Counted from the stretch's first letter, positions 9,937-20,792 are shown. The stretch is DNA of 30,646 nt from Octopus sinensis (GCF_006345805.1 NW_021832454.1:1-30646); one strand, 5' to 3'. Notes: generated by a model not told the origin, from the letters alone. Numbers and translations are program-made.

Positions 9937-10395
9937 TATATGTATATATTTGTATATATGTTTGTGTGTGCGTTTATGTGTGTATATATGTATATATATA
10001 CATATATGCATACATACATATATACACATACATACACACACACACCTACACATACATAGGCATACATATACATATATATATATACACTCACGCATATATA
10101 TATACATATATATTCCTATATATGAATATCTACACACATATATACATAAACACAAATATAGACGCATACACACGCACACATGCATATATAGAGAGAGAGA
10201 CACACACACGGTTGTATCTACATACACCCACGCTCCCACACATACAAGCTCGTGCAATCTTACATATACACACACTCACACATACACACACTTACAAATA
10301 CATACATTCACATATACATACACTTACATATAAACACATAATTACACACACAGACAGTCATATACACAAACACACACACGCATATACCTAGGTCA
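9850..10395. repeat. Long degenerate (TA)/(CA)/(TACA) low-complexity tract
   Basis: Direct reading. Confidence 0.9.
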
Positions 10396-10962
10396 ACTAG
10401 CATACACGTTTATATACATTATGACACACGCTAATACAGAAAAAGTGTTAGAAAAAGTTAAGAAGCATCGGTGACACAAAGATAAAGGCGAAAAATACAA
10501 GTGTATATATATAAAAAAATGTTTAAAAAATAAAACAATAAGACAACTTTATTGAGGGGGAAAAAAGTAGATATATAATTGTATCTAGTCAGACAATTTT
10601 CACAAAGAAAAAGAAAAAAAAAGTGAATTTATGCGTCTGTTTGGGTGAACACTCATACATATATACACGCATATACACCTACAGAATGCTGAAGCTGAAA
10701 CATAGTAAGATTAATAATGAAGATGGGTACACTGCTCCGACTAATGTAGATAGTGTTCATAATATAAATTCAGAAATATAAAATTGTATTATCCAATCGG
10801 TACGGAGCCGATATAAGACATCAATGGGGGTTTAGGTGCCATAAAATTTCATTCGGTCACTGCCTATAGGTACAACGTAGTGGATAGAGATGTTGGTTAA
10901 TGCAGTGCAGCCACCTAGAGATTGTGAATTCACTCCTAGGCAAGGGACTAAAATGCATCTTC

Positions 10963-11030
10963 AGAGACATGAAGAAGGCTGGAGCATACACAGCCGAAAC
11001 GTGGTAAAAATAACAATAAAGATGACACCA
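10963..11030 (+). ncRNA. Decayed Penelope pLTR-type hammerhead
   Basis: ATGAAGA-A-GGCTG(GAGCATACA)CAGCC-GAA-ACGT-G, followed by AATAACAATAAAGATG. Stem II and the palindromic stem III are intact. C3 is changed to A and position 17 is G, so it is probably inactive. Confidence 0.55.
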
Positions 11031-11093
11031 CCAGACAGTAATATAAATAGTGTGATATTGTTATGTTTATAGATTCGCGTAGTTATATGGACA

Positions 11094-11494
11094 TGCCATA
11101 AATCCTCGAGTATAATGTGCATTTTTTTCCCAAAATTTAAAGGTTAAATCCCTCGTGCGTACAATATACGAGATTATTGCTGTCCGGCAATGTTTATTCA
11201 GACGCATTTTGTGATGTCGGGTGCGAAAATACCTTAAGCTAAGCCTGAAAGGAATGAAGTCTTAAAAGAATCATATAAGAATAACATATAACAAAAACAA
11301 TTTGCAAACATATTTACATTCCCATATAACAGTTAAGAACATCACCATTATTGTATTACGTATGCGCACGCACGACTCGAGTTAGAGAAGGAGTGCGTAT
11401 TATACACAAGGTTTAGGTTTTTCAGAGGTACAGCCCCCTAAAAATCCCCTGCGTATTATACTCAAGGGCGGACTATACTCGAAGATTTACGGTA
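11094..11494. mobile_element. pogo/Tigger-like MITE (about 400 bp)
   Basis: Left TGCCATAAATCCTCGAGTATA (11094-11114) versus the right-end reverse complement TACCGTAAATCTTCGAGTATA (11474-11494). TA-type end; no ORF. Confidence 0.65.
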
Positions 11495-11779
11495 GTTATT
11501 TGTAACTTAATGCAATATAGTGTTTCCCTGGTGATCCGTTGCGTATCTATTGCAGGGTTGTTTCAGACAACCATAATGGGGAAACTTGCGCAGGAATCAT
11601 AATGTACACGTCAGTTTATCCTTATTTCTCCAATATAGCCACGGGCTAGGCTATGTGGTAAGAAGCTTGCTTCCCGAGTATATAGTTCCGAGATCAGTTC
11701 CACTGCGAGTCACTTTATGTAACTGTCTTCTACTACAGACTCGTGAGTGGATTTGGTGGATGAAACTGAAAGAAGCTCG

Positions 11780-11832
<53 letters not shown>

Positions 11833-12077
11833 ATATAGGTGTGTGAGTATGTGTGTGTGTGTGTAGGTATATATGCATATATACGTGGTCTGATCAATAA
11901 GTATCCGGATTGTTGCCATAGTAACGAAGCTAAAACACGCTGATAAAAGCCGCTTTGTACAGATTGACCTTAAACCCTGCTATGCACGCGCACAAAGTTT
12001 TAACGTTCTAGCTCATTTCCGCTGCTTACAGCAATGCTTGGAAGGAAGGTGTGTAGAATATGATCGTCGCATTGAGC

Positions 12078-12149
12078 ATGACAGAGAAAGTTGAGCAAAG
12101 AATCTACATCAATTTTTGCCAAAAGCTTGGCGATGCCTGCTCAGGGGCC
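12078..12149 (+). pseudogene. Mariner transposase N-terminal fragment (left arm)
   Basis: MTEKVEQRIYINFCQKLGDACSGA matches the mariner EQRxxIKFCxKLG start. Confidence 0.8.
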
Positions 12150-12584
12150 GAGACAAAGTTTTCAAAACAGATTTCATCGTTCTAGATACAATCAAGGAGA
12201 TCTTGTGCAACTGAAACCCGAGTATCCTTTTGGTCAGCTGAGAGCATTTTTGGCACAAACCTGGTAGACAAGCGTCTCATACCCAAATCTTCAGTGATAA
12301 TGGATTGAATTGAACCGTAACTAACCTGCACATTCTCTGATAACTCATGTATGGTGATTCGACGATTTCTCCTCATAGCTGCACTCACATCTGCGATGTC
12401 TTTCTCAGTTCTGCTGGTTGCGGGTCTCCGAGAACGTTCGTCAATATCGACATTTTTCGGCCATCTTGGATATGTCTGAACCTCTCGTACACTTGTGCAC
12501 GGCTCATACACTCGTCTCCATACACTTTCTGCAACTTTGCGTTGGCCTCTGAGCAGGTATCGTCATGACAACTTTCTCTGTCAT
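12150..12584 (-). pseudogene. Mariner transposase, DNA-binding half only; frameshifted and ending before the first catalytic Asp
   Basis: DTCSEANAKLQKVYGDECMSRAQVYERF / DIDERSRRPATS...RRITIHELSENVQVSYGSIQSIITEDLGMRRLSTRFVPKMLSADQK. Confidence 0.92.
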
Positions 12585-13046
12585 GGTCAATGAGACGATC
12601 ACACGCTACACACCTTTCTTCCAAGCACTGCTGTAAACAGCAGAAGTGCGCTAGGAGTTAGAACTTAGTGCGCAAGCATAGCAGAACCATAGCAAAGGTC
12701 AATCTTTGCTAAGTGACATTACTCTGCGTGCTTTAGCTCCGTTACTATAACAACAATCCGGATACTTATTGATCACACCTTGTATATACGTATATGTATA
12801 TATCAGTGTGTGTTAGTTTGTGCCTGTGTTTGTACCACATAACGTAGCAGTTCTACAAAAGAGATCGATAGAATAAGTACTAGGCTTTAAAAAAATAAGT
12901 CCTGGGGTCGATTTGTTCGAATAAAGAATCCTTCGAAACCCCAGCATGGCCACAGTCAAATGACTGAAACAAGTAAAAGATAAAGATACGCATATAGGTA
13001 TATCGATACACACACACACACACACACACAGATATATATATATATA

Positions 13047-13348
13047 TATCACCGTGATTACCGTGACCGACCAGGCTATCAGATGTTGCTACACATCGCT
13101 GGTCACAATGTGCTTCGCATTGTTTTAGCCTTCAAATAACGCCACCCCGCTGGCTAAGCGAGCAGGCCAACAGAAGAAAGAATGAGAGAAAGTTGTGGTG
13201 AAAGAGTACAACAGGGATCGCCACCACCCTCTGCCGGAGCCTCGTGGAGGTTTAGTTGTGTTTTCGCTCAATAAACACTCACAATGTCCGGTCTGGGAAT
13301 CGAAACCGCGAGTCCGCTGCCCTAACCACTGGGCCATTGTGCCTCCAC
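13047..13348 (-). mobile_element. SINE family C (tRNA-derived), near full length
   Basis: Minus strand GTGGAGGCACAATGGCCCAGTGG (A box)...GGTTTCGATTCCC (B box)...3' GTGACCAGCGATGTGTAGCAACATCTGATAGCCTGGTCGGTCACGG. A related 3' fragment lies at 30471. Confidence 0.88.
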
Positions 13349-14004
13349 ATATATATATATATGCCAGTCTATGTGTTTTTGAGTGAATACCTGTGTCTAT
13401 TTTGACTCCGTTTACAGTTTCGATTGTATCTTAGCCTACCTTTGCGACAAAGTCGTAAAAAAGCGCAACCTAAAGAAGAAAAAGACTTTTTTTCATCATC
13501 TGTAATGCATCCTTTAAATCTTCCGGTCTTGCACATCCTTTAATGCTCCAGATATGATGATCTACTGCAGCATATGAATTATGGAACTACAATCTTCCTC
13601 CAAGAATCCTAATGTGGATGTATGAATGTATGAATATATATAAACACCATAACGTAACATAACATAATGGTATTCTATTTGTAAGTATTTATGTCTACCT
13701 TTATCTTTCCATGAACATATATATACATATATACATACATATATATATATATCATATTATATTACGTATTTTATGAATCACTCTGAAAACAGGCACATAT
13801 ATATGAATATACACACATATGTGCGTGTATGTATATTTATACGTAATTATGTGTATATATGTAGGTATTTATGTACAGAGACATATGCATACGTTTGTGT
13901 TTATGTATTTATGTGCGTATGTATGCAAAAAGGTATTGTCAATTGATATTCATAAATATACGAATATTTCAACATAATCTAAATATACGTAAGCACATTC
14001 CTTC

Positions 14005-14037
14005 ATTCATATATATATATATATATAAAATATATAT

Positions 14038-14093
<56 letters not shown>

Positions 14094-14105
14094 TATATGT
14101 ATATA

Positions 14106-14181
<76 letters not shown>

Positions 14182-14185
14182 ATAT
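14005..14185. repeat. (TA)n microsatellite
   Basis: Direct reading. Confidence 0.97.
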
Positions 14186-14603
14186 ATTAATACACAAACA
14201 ATGCCTATAAATATATATTCTTACATACACACACGACCATATATGTATATTCGTGAATGAGAGTAGCATTTAGCTTTCTCGGTTGCCTTGGTAACTGCGA
14301 ATTGATATTAACATACATACATTATCATAGTGCATTATCTTGCATAACTTTGCTGTTTATCTGCATTTTCAATGAACCTAACTGCAACGTTCACATACAT
14401 TTTGCATATTTTCTTCAGTTTTTCTTCTTTTTTTTTTTGTCTTTTCTTCCAACTTGGAAATGTCTTATCTTTTGTTTTCGTTCCCGCTTAGTTTTCATTG
14501 CATGATAATAACGACAAGAAGAACAATAACAACAAGGAAATACAGTGGAGTGTCAAAAATAATATGACAGCCAGCTAAAATGCGTGAAACTTGTGACATT
14601 TTA

Positions 14604-14776
14604 ACATTCCTTTCTTTGTGTTATGTAGTTTAGCTTTGCGGCCATGCTGGAGCACCGCCTTTAGTCGAGCAGATCGGCCCGAGGACTTATTCTTTTGTAA
14701 GCCCAGTACTTATTCTATCGTCTCTTTTGTCGAACCGCTACATTCCTTTCTTTGTGTTCTGTAGTTTAGCTTTGCG
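14604..14776 (-). repeat. 99-bp SINE A tail fragment (14641-14739) flanked by a 37-bp direct repeat
   Basis: ACATTCCTTTCTTTGTGTT[A/C]TGTAGTTTAGCTTTGCG at 14604-14640 and 14740-14776. Confidence 0.9.
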
Positions 14777-14842
14777 TTTTACTTGTTACAATCACTGGAT
14801 AGCGGCCAAGCTGGAGTAACACCTTTCTCTTTTCGCTTTTCT

Positions 14843-15245
14843 CTCTTTTACCCGTTTCAGTCATTTGACTGCGGCCATGCTGGAGCACCGCCTTTAGTCG
14901 AGCAGATCGACCCCGGGACTTATTCTTTGTAAGCCCAGTACTTATTCTATCGGTCTCTTTTGCCGAACCGCTAAGTGACGGGGACATAAACACACCAGCA
15001 TCGGTTGTCAAGCAATGCTAGGGGGACAAAAACAGACACACAAACACACACACATACACATACATACATATATACATATATACGACAGGCTTCTTTCAGT
15101 TTCCGTCTACCAAATACATTCACAAGGTATTGGTCGGCCCGGGGCTATAGCAGAAGACACTTGTCCAAGATGCCACGCAGTGGGACTGAACCTGGAACCA
15201 TGTGGTTGGTAAGCAAGCTACTTACCACACAGCCACTCCTGCGCC
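14843..15245 (-). mobile_element. SINE family A, full length
   Basis: Ends CACACAGCCACTCCTGCGCC (reverse complement of the head); internal TA/CA spacer; tail present. Confidence 0.93.
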
Positions 15246-15439
15246 TTGAAAACTTTTGTCGAACAAATCGGTGCTAGTACATTTTTTCTTTTGTTTTGAA
15301 ATCTGCTACTTATTCTATCGGTATCTTTTTGAAAAACCACACGTGAACAAATCATGGAGCCTGCACGTGAACAAATCACCAGTTGTAGAGCGATGGGGGT
15401 ATAAATCCAAAGACACACACACACACACACATACAAGTA

Positions 15440-16974
15440 CAGTTGCGGCCAAAATGTTCAGAACGGCATTGTTTTCGCCAGAAAAGAAGGTATAAGTTTT
15501 TATCAAAGTTGTTTTATGTTCTATCATTTTTTACAGACGATAAATACGATAAATTGTTATTGTCTGAGATTTTGGTGTAATTTGAGAAGATAATACAAAA
15601 GTTATGGATGATTTAGTGATTTACTGCAAAACCCATGGCGGCCAAAATGATCAGAACGGTTGAAAAAATAACAAAATAATCAAAAATGACAGAGAATCCT
15701 GGAATTATTTAATATTTAGTGTGAAGCCCTTTAGCTTCAATCACACTTTGACATATTCGACTGCATGAGGAAATTAAACTTTCAATTTCTTGCTATGTGA
15801 TCTTATTCCATTCTACCTGAAGGGCATTCCATAATTGCTCGGTTGTTTTAGGATTTCTGGCTTTCGAACGTTGTCCTAGAATATCCCACACATTTTCAAT
15901 AGGATTGAGATCTGGGCTTTGAGTAGGCCAATCCATAATAATAACCTTTTCGGCCTTGAGGAAGTTCATGACCACCTTAGCCTTGTGACATGGGGCATTG
16001 TCCTGCATGAATATGGGTGGTCGCTTAGTTGAATTTCTCAGAGCAGGCAAGAAATGATCTTTTACAAGTTGTTTATAAACTCCTGCATTTACCTTTCCGT
16101 GTAATCGCACCAAAGAGCCCACACCATCTCCAGATATCATCCCCCTAAACCATGACACTTCCTCCACCGAATTTAACACTAGTCTTAAGGCATTTAGGCG
16201 ACAATTTTTCACCTACTTTTCGACGAACGTACCTTTTCCCATCTGAGCCAAATAACATAAACTTAGATTCGTCACTGAAATGCACTGTTCGCCATTTTTC
16301 TTGAGACCACAACACATGTTCGGTTGCAAAGGTAAGACGACACTTTTTATTTTGGAAGCTGATCAGTGGCTTCACTGCAGGTATCTTGCTTGTAGGTTAT
16401 GTTCAACTAAACGATGAGACACAGTTTTTCGAGATAACGTTTTCTTCAGTACAATGTTCATTTCCCGAGAAACAGCAGCAGCAGTTTTAAATCTGTAACA
16501 AACTTTACCATAGCACGATCTTCTCTCTTGGCCGTTTTTCTTGGCCTACCTGTAGACTTTCTTGCTTCACACGAACCACAATCATCGAAGACCTTAAGAA
16601 TACCGTGGACAATACTTTTTGACTTGTTAACAATCTTTGCAATAGACCCAATACTTAAATTATCCTTCTTTCGAAGCTTAATAATCTGCTGACGAATTGA
16701 TAACGGAGTAAGTGGCATTATATTAACAAAGTACACTGCAGATATTCTTACTAATGTTTAATAAACGAACCAACACGTAAACAAATTCAAAACATTAGAG
16801 TTCGCCGGTTAAATATACTAAAACACGGAGTAAAAGCAACCGTTCTGATCATTTTGGCCGCCATGGGTTTTGCAGTAAATCATTAAATCATCCATAACTT
16901 TTGTATTATCCTCTCAAATTACACCAAAATCTCAGACAATAACAATTAATATCGTATTTATCGTCTGTGAAAAT
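15440..16974 (-). mobile_element. Tc1 DNA transposon with IR/DR-type long TIRs; outer part of the TIR at the 16.97-kb end is missing
   Basis: TA|CAGTTGCGGCCAAAATGTTCAGAACGG at 15438-15466; inner DR GGCGGCCAAAATGATCAGAACGG at about 15637-15659; 15530-15661 inverted at 16839-16974. Confidence 0.93.
15709..16718 (-). pseudogene. Tc1 transposase (DD34E), frameshifts and an internal stop
   Basis: MPLTPLSIRQQII...GRPRKT; KPLIS...FSDESKF; GGGSVMV; FMQDNAPCH...WPTQSPDLNPIENVW (34 residues between D and E); C-terminal AKGLHTKY*. Confidence 0.95.
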
Positions 16975-16976
16975 TA

Positions 16977-17583
16977 TATCTATCTATCTATCTGCCTGTC
17001 TACCTACTTGCCTACCTGCCTGGCTGCCTACTTGCCTACCTACCTACCTACCTACCTACCTATCTACCTACCTAGATATCTGTCTTTATGCATACACTGT
17101 ATGTATATTAATATATATATATATATCAACGTGATGATTTACACAGTTTCCGTCTACCAAATTCACTCAACAGTCATTGGTCGGCTCGAGACAAAGGTAG
17201 GAGACATTTTTCCCGAGGTGCCGAGCAATGGGATTGAACCTGAAACCACGTCGCTGCAAAGCTAGCTTCTTAACCACAAAGCACTCACTTTCTTAGATAC
17301 GCCTCAACTGAATTCGAATGCTTGTGATCCGTGTTGATTTTTCTTTCATTCTCATTCGCTGGAGATTAAATTTAAGTAATCGTGGATTAGTTTGTATTTC
17401 GAGTTATGCATCAGTTCCACGGGTTGTAAACTTAGGTTTGTTACTAATATCTTTTTAAATATTAATATACATACAGTGTATGCATAAAGACAGATATCTA
17501 GGTAGGTAGGTAGGTCGGTAGGTAGGTAGGTAGGTAGGTAGGCAAGTAGGCAGCCAGGCAGGTAGGCAAGTAGGTAGACAGGC

Positions 17584-17600
<17 letters not shown>
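16977..17600. repeat. Near-perfect inverted duplication of about 140 bp (16977-17114 and 17459-17600)
   Basis: The arm comprises a compound TATC/TACC/TGCC array plus the unique TAGATATCTGTCTTTATGCATACACTGTATGTATATTAATAT, reproduced in reverse complement. Confidence 0.93.
17145..17283 (-). mobile_element. Old, diverged SINE family A head
   Basis: CAGTTTCCGTCTACCAAATTCACTCA...GGGATTGAACCTGAAACCAC...CTTCTTAACCAC. Confidence 0.7.
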
Positions 17601-17666
<66 letters not shown>

Positions 17667-17668
<2 letters not shown>

Positions 17669-17729
17669 TGTTTCTTTATTAGCCACACAGGGTTGAATAC
17701 AGAGTGGACAAAATACAAAGTAGAGCTTT
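17667..17729 (-). mobile_element. Retroposon 3' tail with AATAAA, followed on the minus strand by (TATC)n
   Basis: Minus strand AAAGCTCTACTTTGTATTTTGTCCACTCTGTATTCAACCCTGTGTGGCTAATAAAGAAAC; similar to SINE D tail 1. Confidence 0.6.
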
Positions 17730-17759
17730 GTGGTATCTTCGATGGGCCTCCTATACCCG

Positions 17760-18790
17760 TAGAGCTGTTTGTGTGACATGGACCCGCAAGCGTTTGCGAG
17801 TTCCAGTCACAGAATTTTTAAATTCCCTTGCTCTCCTTTGCTTCTCTTAGAAAAGCTCCGAGCAATCCCTTTTTCTACGCCTATGTATCAATGCACTTGT
17901 TTATGAAAAACTTCTTTAGTCGACGGGACAAGACACTTCAATGCTGGGTAGTGAGATGGTCTTGATACGATCGATCCTTCCCAAATTCTCCTCCTTGGAG
18001 ATTCAAAATTCCTCGGTATACCTCAACTGGTTGTCAACATTTCCTCTCCCATATCCCTTTCAGCATCTTTCCCCGGTTGTTGAAGGAATCTCGGACAATG
18101 TTTAGAGACATTGTACGGTTATTCCACTGGACGCTAGAGCAGAGATCGACCTTGCTGCCTTAACAACTCACTGAACTTCCGTCCAGCTTAACTCGCGCAT
18201 GTCAAACTCGTTCGTTGGGAGTGATGAGCTTCTAAGGATTTTGTTTTGACAAAGTTCATGCTCTCCTCCAGGGTCATCTAGGATGTTACAAAGAAAGGTG
18301 TTTACTTGTTTCTACTGAACAATCGAGGCTGCCGTTTTGAATGTTACCAAGTACCTCCTTGGATGCAAATCTGGCCTTTTCTTTCCTTGGTCATCTCTGC
18401 TCCTCTGTTCTACAAAGGCTGATCAATTTCTTCCTCAGGATGCCTTGCAGCTATGCTTGTGGACGGCTTTGCAGTTCTCTGACTCCTTGCTACAGATTCC
18501 TGACAGTCCTCAGCTCCTGCCTCAGTTGTTGTATTTTAGCGGTTCTACAGTTTTTTCTCGTAAGTTTTTTTTTTTTTTCATTTTTTCGTCTTATTTCCTA
18601 CTTCCTTCAGTTTGAATGTAGCAGATACATAGCTAGCAATGATTGTTGTCATTTCTTTCGACTACCAGTTCGCTCTTATCTTCAAACTATTGTATCTAAC
18701 TCCTGTTGTCCTCTGGAGGTCATTTGATCTACTGAACTACTCTGCGTGGAGTCGGACATTTCCTCACTCTCAAGGGACGACAGTGCCCTG
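17760..18790 (-). pseudogene. Decayed non-LTR retrotransposon ORF fragment (region upstream of RT plus RT domains 0-3), HERO-like (RLE group)
   Basis: MTTIIASYVSATF; IQQLRQELR; ILRKKLISLCRTE; EFDMRELSWTEVQ*VVKAARSISA; KHCPR; ISKEENLGRIDRIKTISL; LSRRLKKFF..CIDT; LREAKESKG; [14 protein letters not shown]. Many stops and frameshifts; clade assigned from recalled motifs. Confidence 0.82.
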
Positions 18791-18804
18791 AGAAAAGAGT
18801 TATA

Positions 18805-18970
18805 AAGAAGATTGCTTCCCAACCACATGATTCCGGGTCCAGTCCCACTGTGTGACACCTTGGGCAAGTGTCTTCCACCAAAGCCTCAGGCTGATCAAAG
18901 CCCTGTGAGTGAATTTGGTAGATGAAATTAAAAGAACCTGTCGTATATATATATATTATATATATACCTG

Positions 18971-19025
<55 letters not shown>

Positions 19026-19637
19026 TATATTATATATGTATATTCGTTCATTCCAATCTTCGTTCTTTCGTTCCCCTCTCTCACATTTCCTGGTCTTCTC
19101 TTTATGCTCACTTTCCCTCCTTTTTCACTTCACCGCGTCTCTTTCATTATATCTCGCCTCTCCTTAATTCTTCTATCCTTCTACGTCTACCTCTCTCTCT
19201 TCTCTCCACACGTGACTGGTGTTCGGCCAAGTCTAACCTTTCTTTCTTGGTTCGACTACCATCCGTGCAATATCTATATTCCTCTTATGTATCTGCCGTA
19301 AAGCTTTACTTTCGTACACGCCAGCTTAATTTAATTCGTCTTTAGTCGGAAGACACCTGTTGTTATGTCCTGTTCATTGCATTTGTATTTGTGTAACATT
19401 TCTCGGGGGTTTTTTTCGTCCTTGTTTTCGTATACATACGCTGATTTCTTCCAATGAATCTAATGCTCTTAGCTTAGTTTTTCTTTGGGGCTGGCCAGAT
19501 TGGAGCAATCTCGAGTAACCAGCCGAAATTGCAAAGATAATCGGGAACTCGACTGAGGATGGAAAACTCCGAATGACCCGTCCTTGTTTTCCTTGTATCG
19601 TCTGCCTGGATGTTTTGCGTTCTTGTCACATTTTTTT

Positions 19638-19677
<40 letters not shown>

Positions 19678-19890
19678 TTATATGTTTGTGTATGAGTTTG
19701 TTCCCCCACCACCATCGCTTGACTACCTATGCTGGTTTGTTTACCTCCATGTAACAAAGCAGTTCGGCAAAACAGACCGATAGAATAAGTATTGGGCTAA
19801 CAAAGAATAAGTCTTGGAGTCGATCTGTTCGACTAAACGCGGTGCTCCATCATGGCGGCAGTCAAATGACTGAAACAAATAAAAGAATAC
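18805..19890 (+). mobile_element. SINE family A (head about 18805-18945, tail about 19700-19890) interrupted by a 600-bp insert
   Basis: Head CCAACCACATGATTCCGGGTCCAGTCCCACTG...GAACCTGTCG; tail GACCGATAGAATAAG...GGCAGTCAAATGACTGAAACAA. Confidence 0.8.
19025..19635. mobile_element. ORF-less pyrimidine-rich insert of about 600 bp within the SINE spacer; unclassified, possibly PLE pLTR-like
   Basis: Bounded on both sides by (TA)n; contains CTGAGGA-T-GGA(AAAC)TCC-GAA at 19553-19573. Confidence 0.45.
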
Positions 19891-20127
19891 ATACGTCGAA
19901 ATAAACATACATAGATACATTTATGAGTGTGTATATGTTGTATATATATTATACATTGTTTTCCTATATATTTAGCTTTCTTCTTTCTTTCTTTCTTTCT
20001 TTCTCTCTCTCTTTCTCTCGTATATGCGCGTTTCCGTTAAAATATCTGTCTACAAACGCACCAGCAACGTACTACATTTTTCTCTCTCTCCCTCTCTGCC
20101 TCTCACTCTCTCTCCTTCTCCCCTCCT

Positions 20128-20158
<31 letters not shown>

Positions 20159-20792
20159 AAATGATCTACAAAATGATCCAACGCTACACTTCATTTTGTC
20201 TTTCACTGTCGTTCTTTCCCACTCCTTTCCTCTTTCCTTCTCTCCGCCTGTCCCTCTCTTTCCACTCCTCTTTAGATATTATATTACAAGCTATCTATAT
20301 CTTAAATATATCTGTTGTTTGCAGTAGTGGTTCTTATAGCAACCGTAGAACAAATTACTATAATATATCTAAGTTGTTTTCATAGCAAATATATAGCAAA
20401 TCGATCCAGTAAGTTGAAATTCAGCATTAAATGTTAATAAAGGGTGAAAGTAGGCGTTACGTTGCGTTGGAAGAGTCGCTACAGCATTGAATAAAATACT
20501 TTGCTATATTTAATTACAGCTTCTTGTGTTCTCGGTTCAAATCCCGCCAAACTTAACGTAGCCTTTCATCCTTCCAGTATCGATAAAATTAATTTGTACG
20601 AGTGAAGTACTGAACTCTAGATAATCGAAAGTATTCTCCCTTTAAAAATTCCCAACTGTTCATCATTCGTTGTTGTATGTCTCTGATGTTAGAAAGGTCA
20701 AGCGATTGACCGAATTAGTATGAGGATAAATGTTGTAATAGTATCAAGAGATGTAGATGTGAAAGAAGAGAATAAATAATATTTATTTAACG

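Larger units (their letters stand above)
11884..12782. mobile_element. Mariner (Tc1/mariner superfamily) non-autonomous derivative made of two inverted 5' ends; TA TSD at 11882-83 and 12783-84
   Basis: Termini C[G/A][T/A]GGT[C/G]TGATCAATAAGTATCCGGATTG. Arms 11884-12149 and 12544-12782 are homologous through the 5' UTR and the transposase ATG. Confidence 0.9.
11641..12987 (+). mobile_element. SINE family A (head 11641-11781, tail about 12810-12987) interrupted by a mariner insertion in its spacer
   Basis: Head GGCTATGTGGTAAGAAGCTTGC...GAAACTGAAAGAAGCTCG; tail GATAGAATAAGTACT...CAGCATGGCCACAGTCAAATGACTGAAACAAG. Confidence 0.8.

Noticed and set aside
15340-15380. Duplicated CACGTGAACAAATCA (two E-boxes)
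   Set aside because: A short local duplication between repeats; no evidence of a promoter
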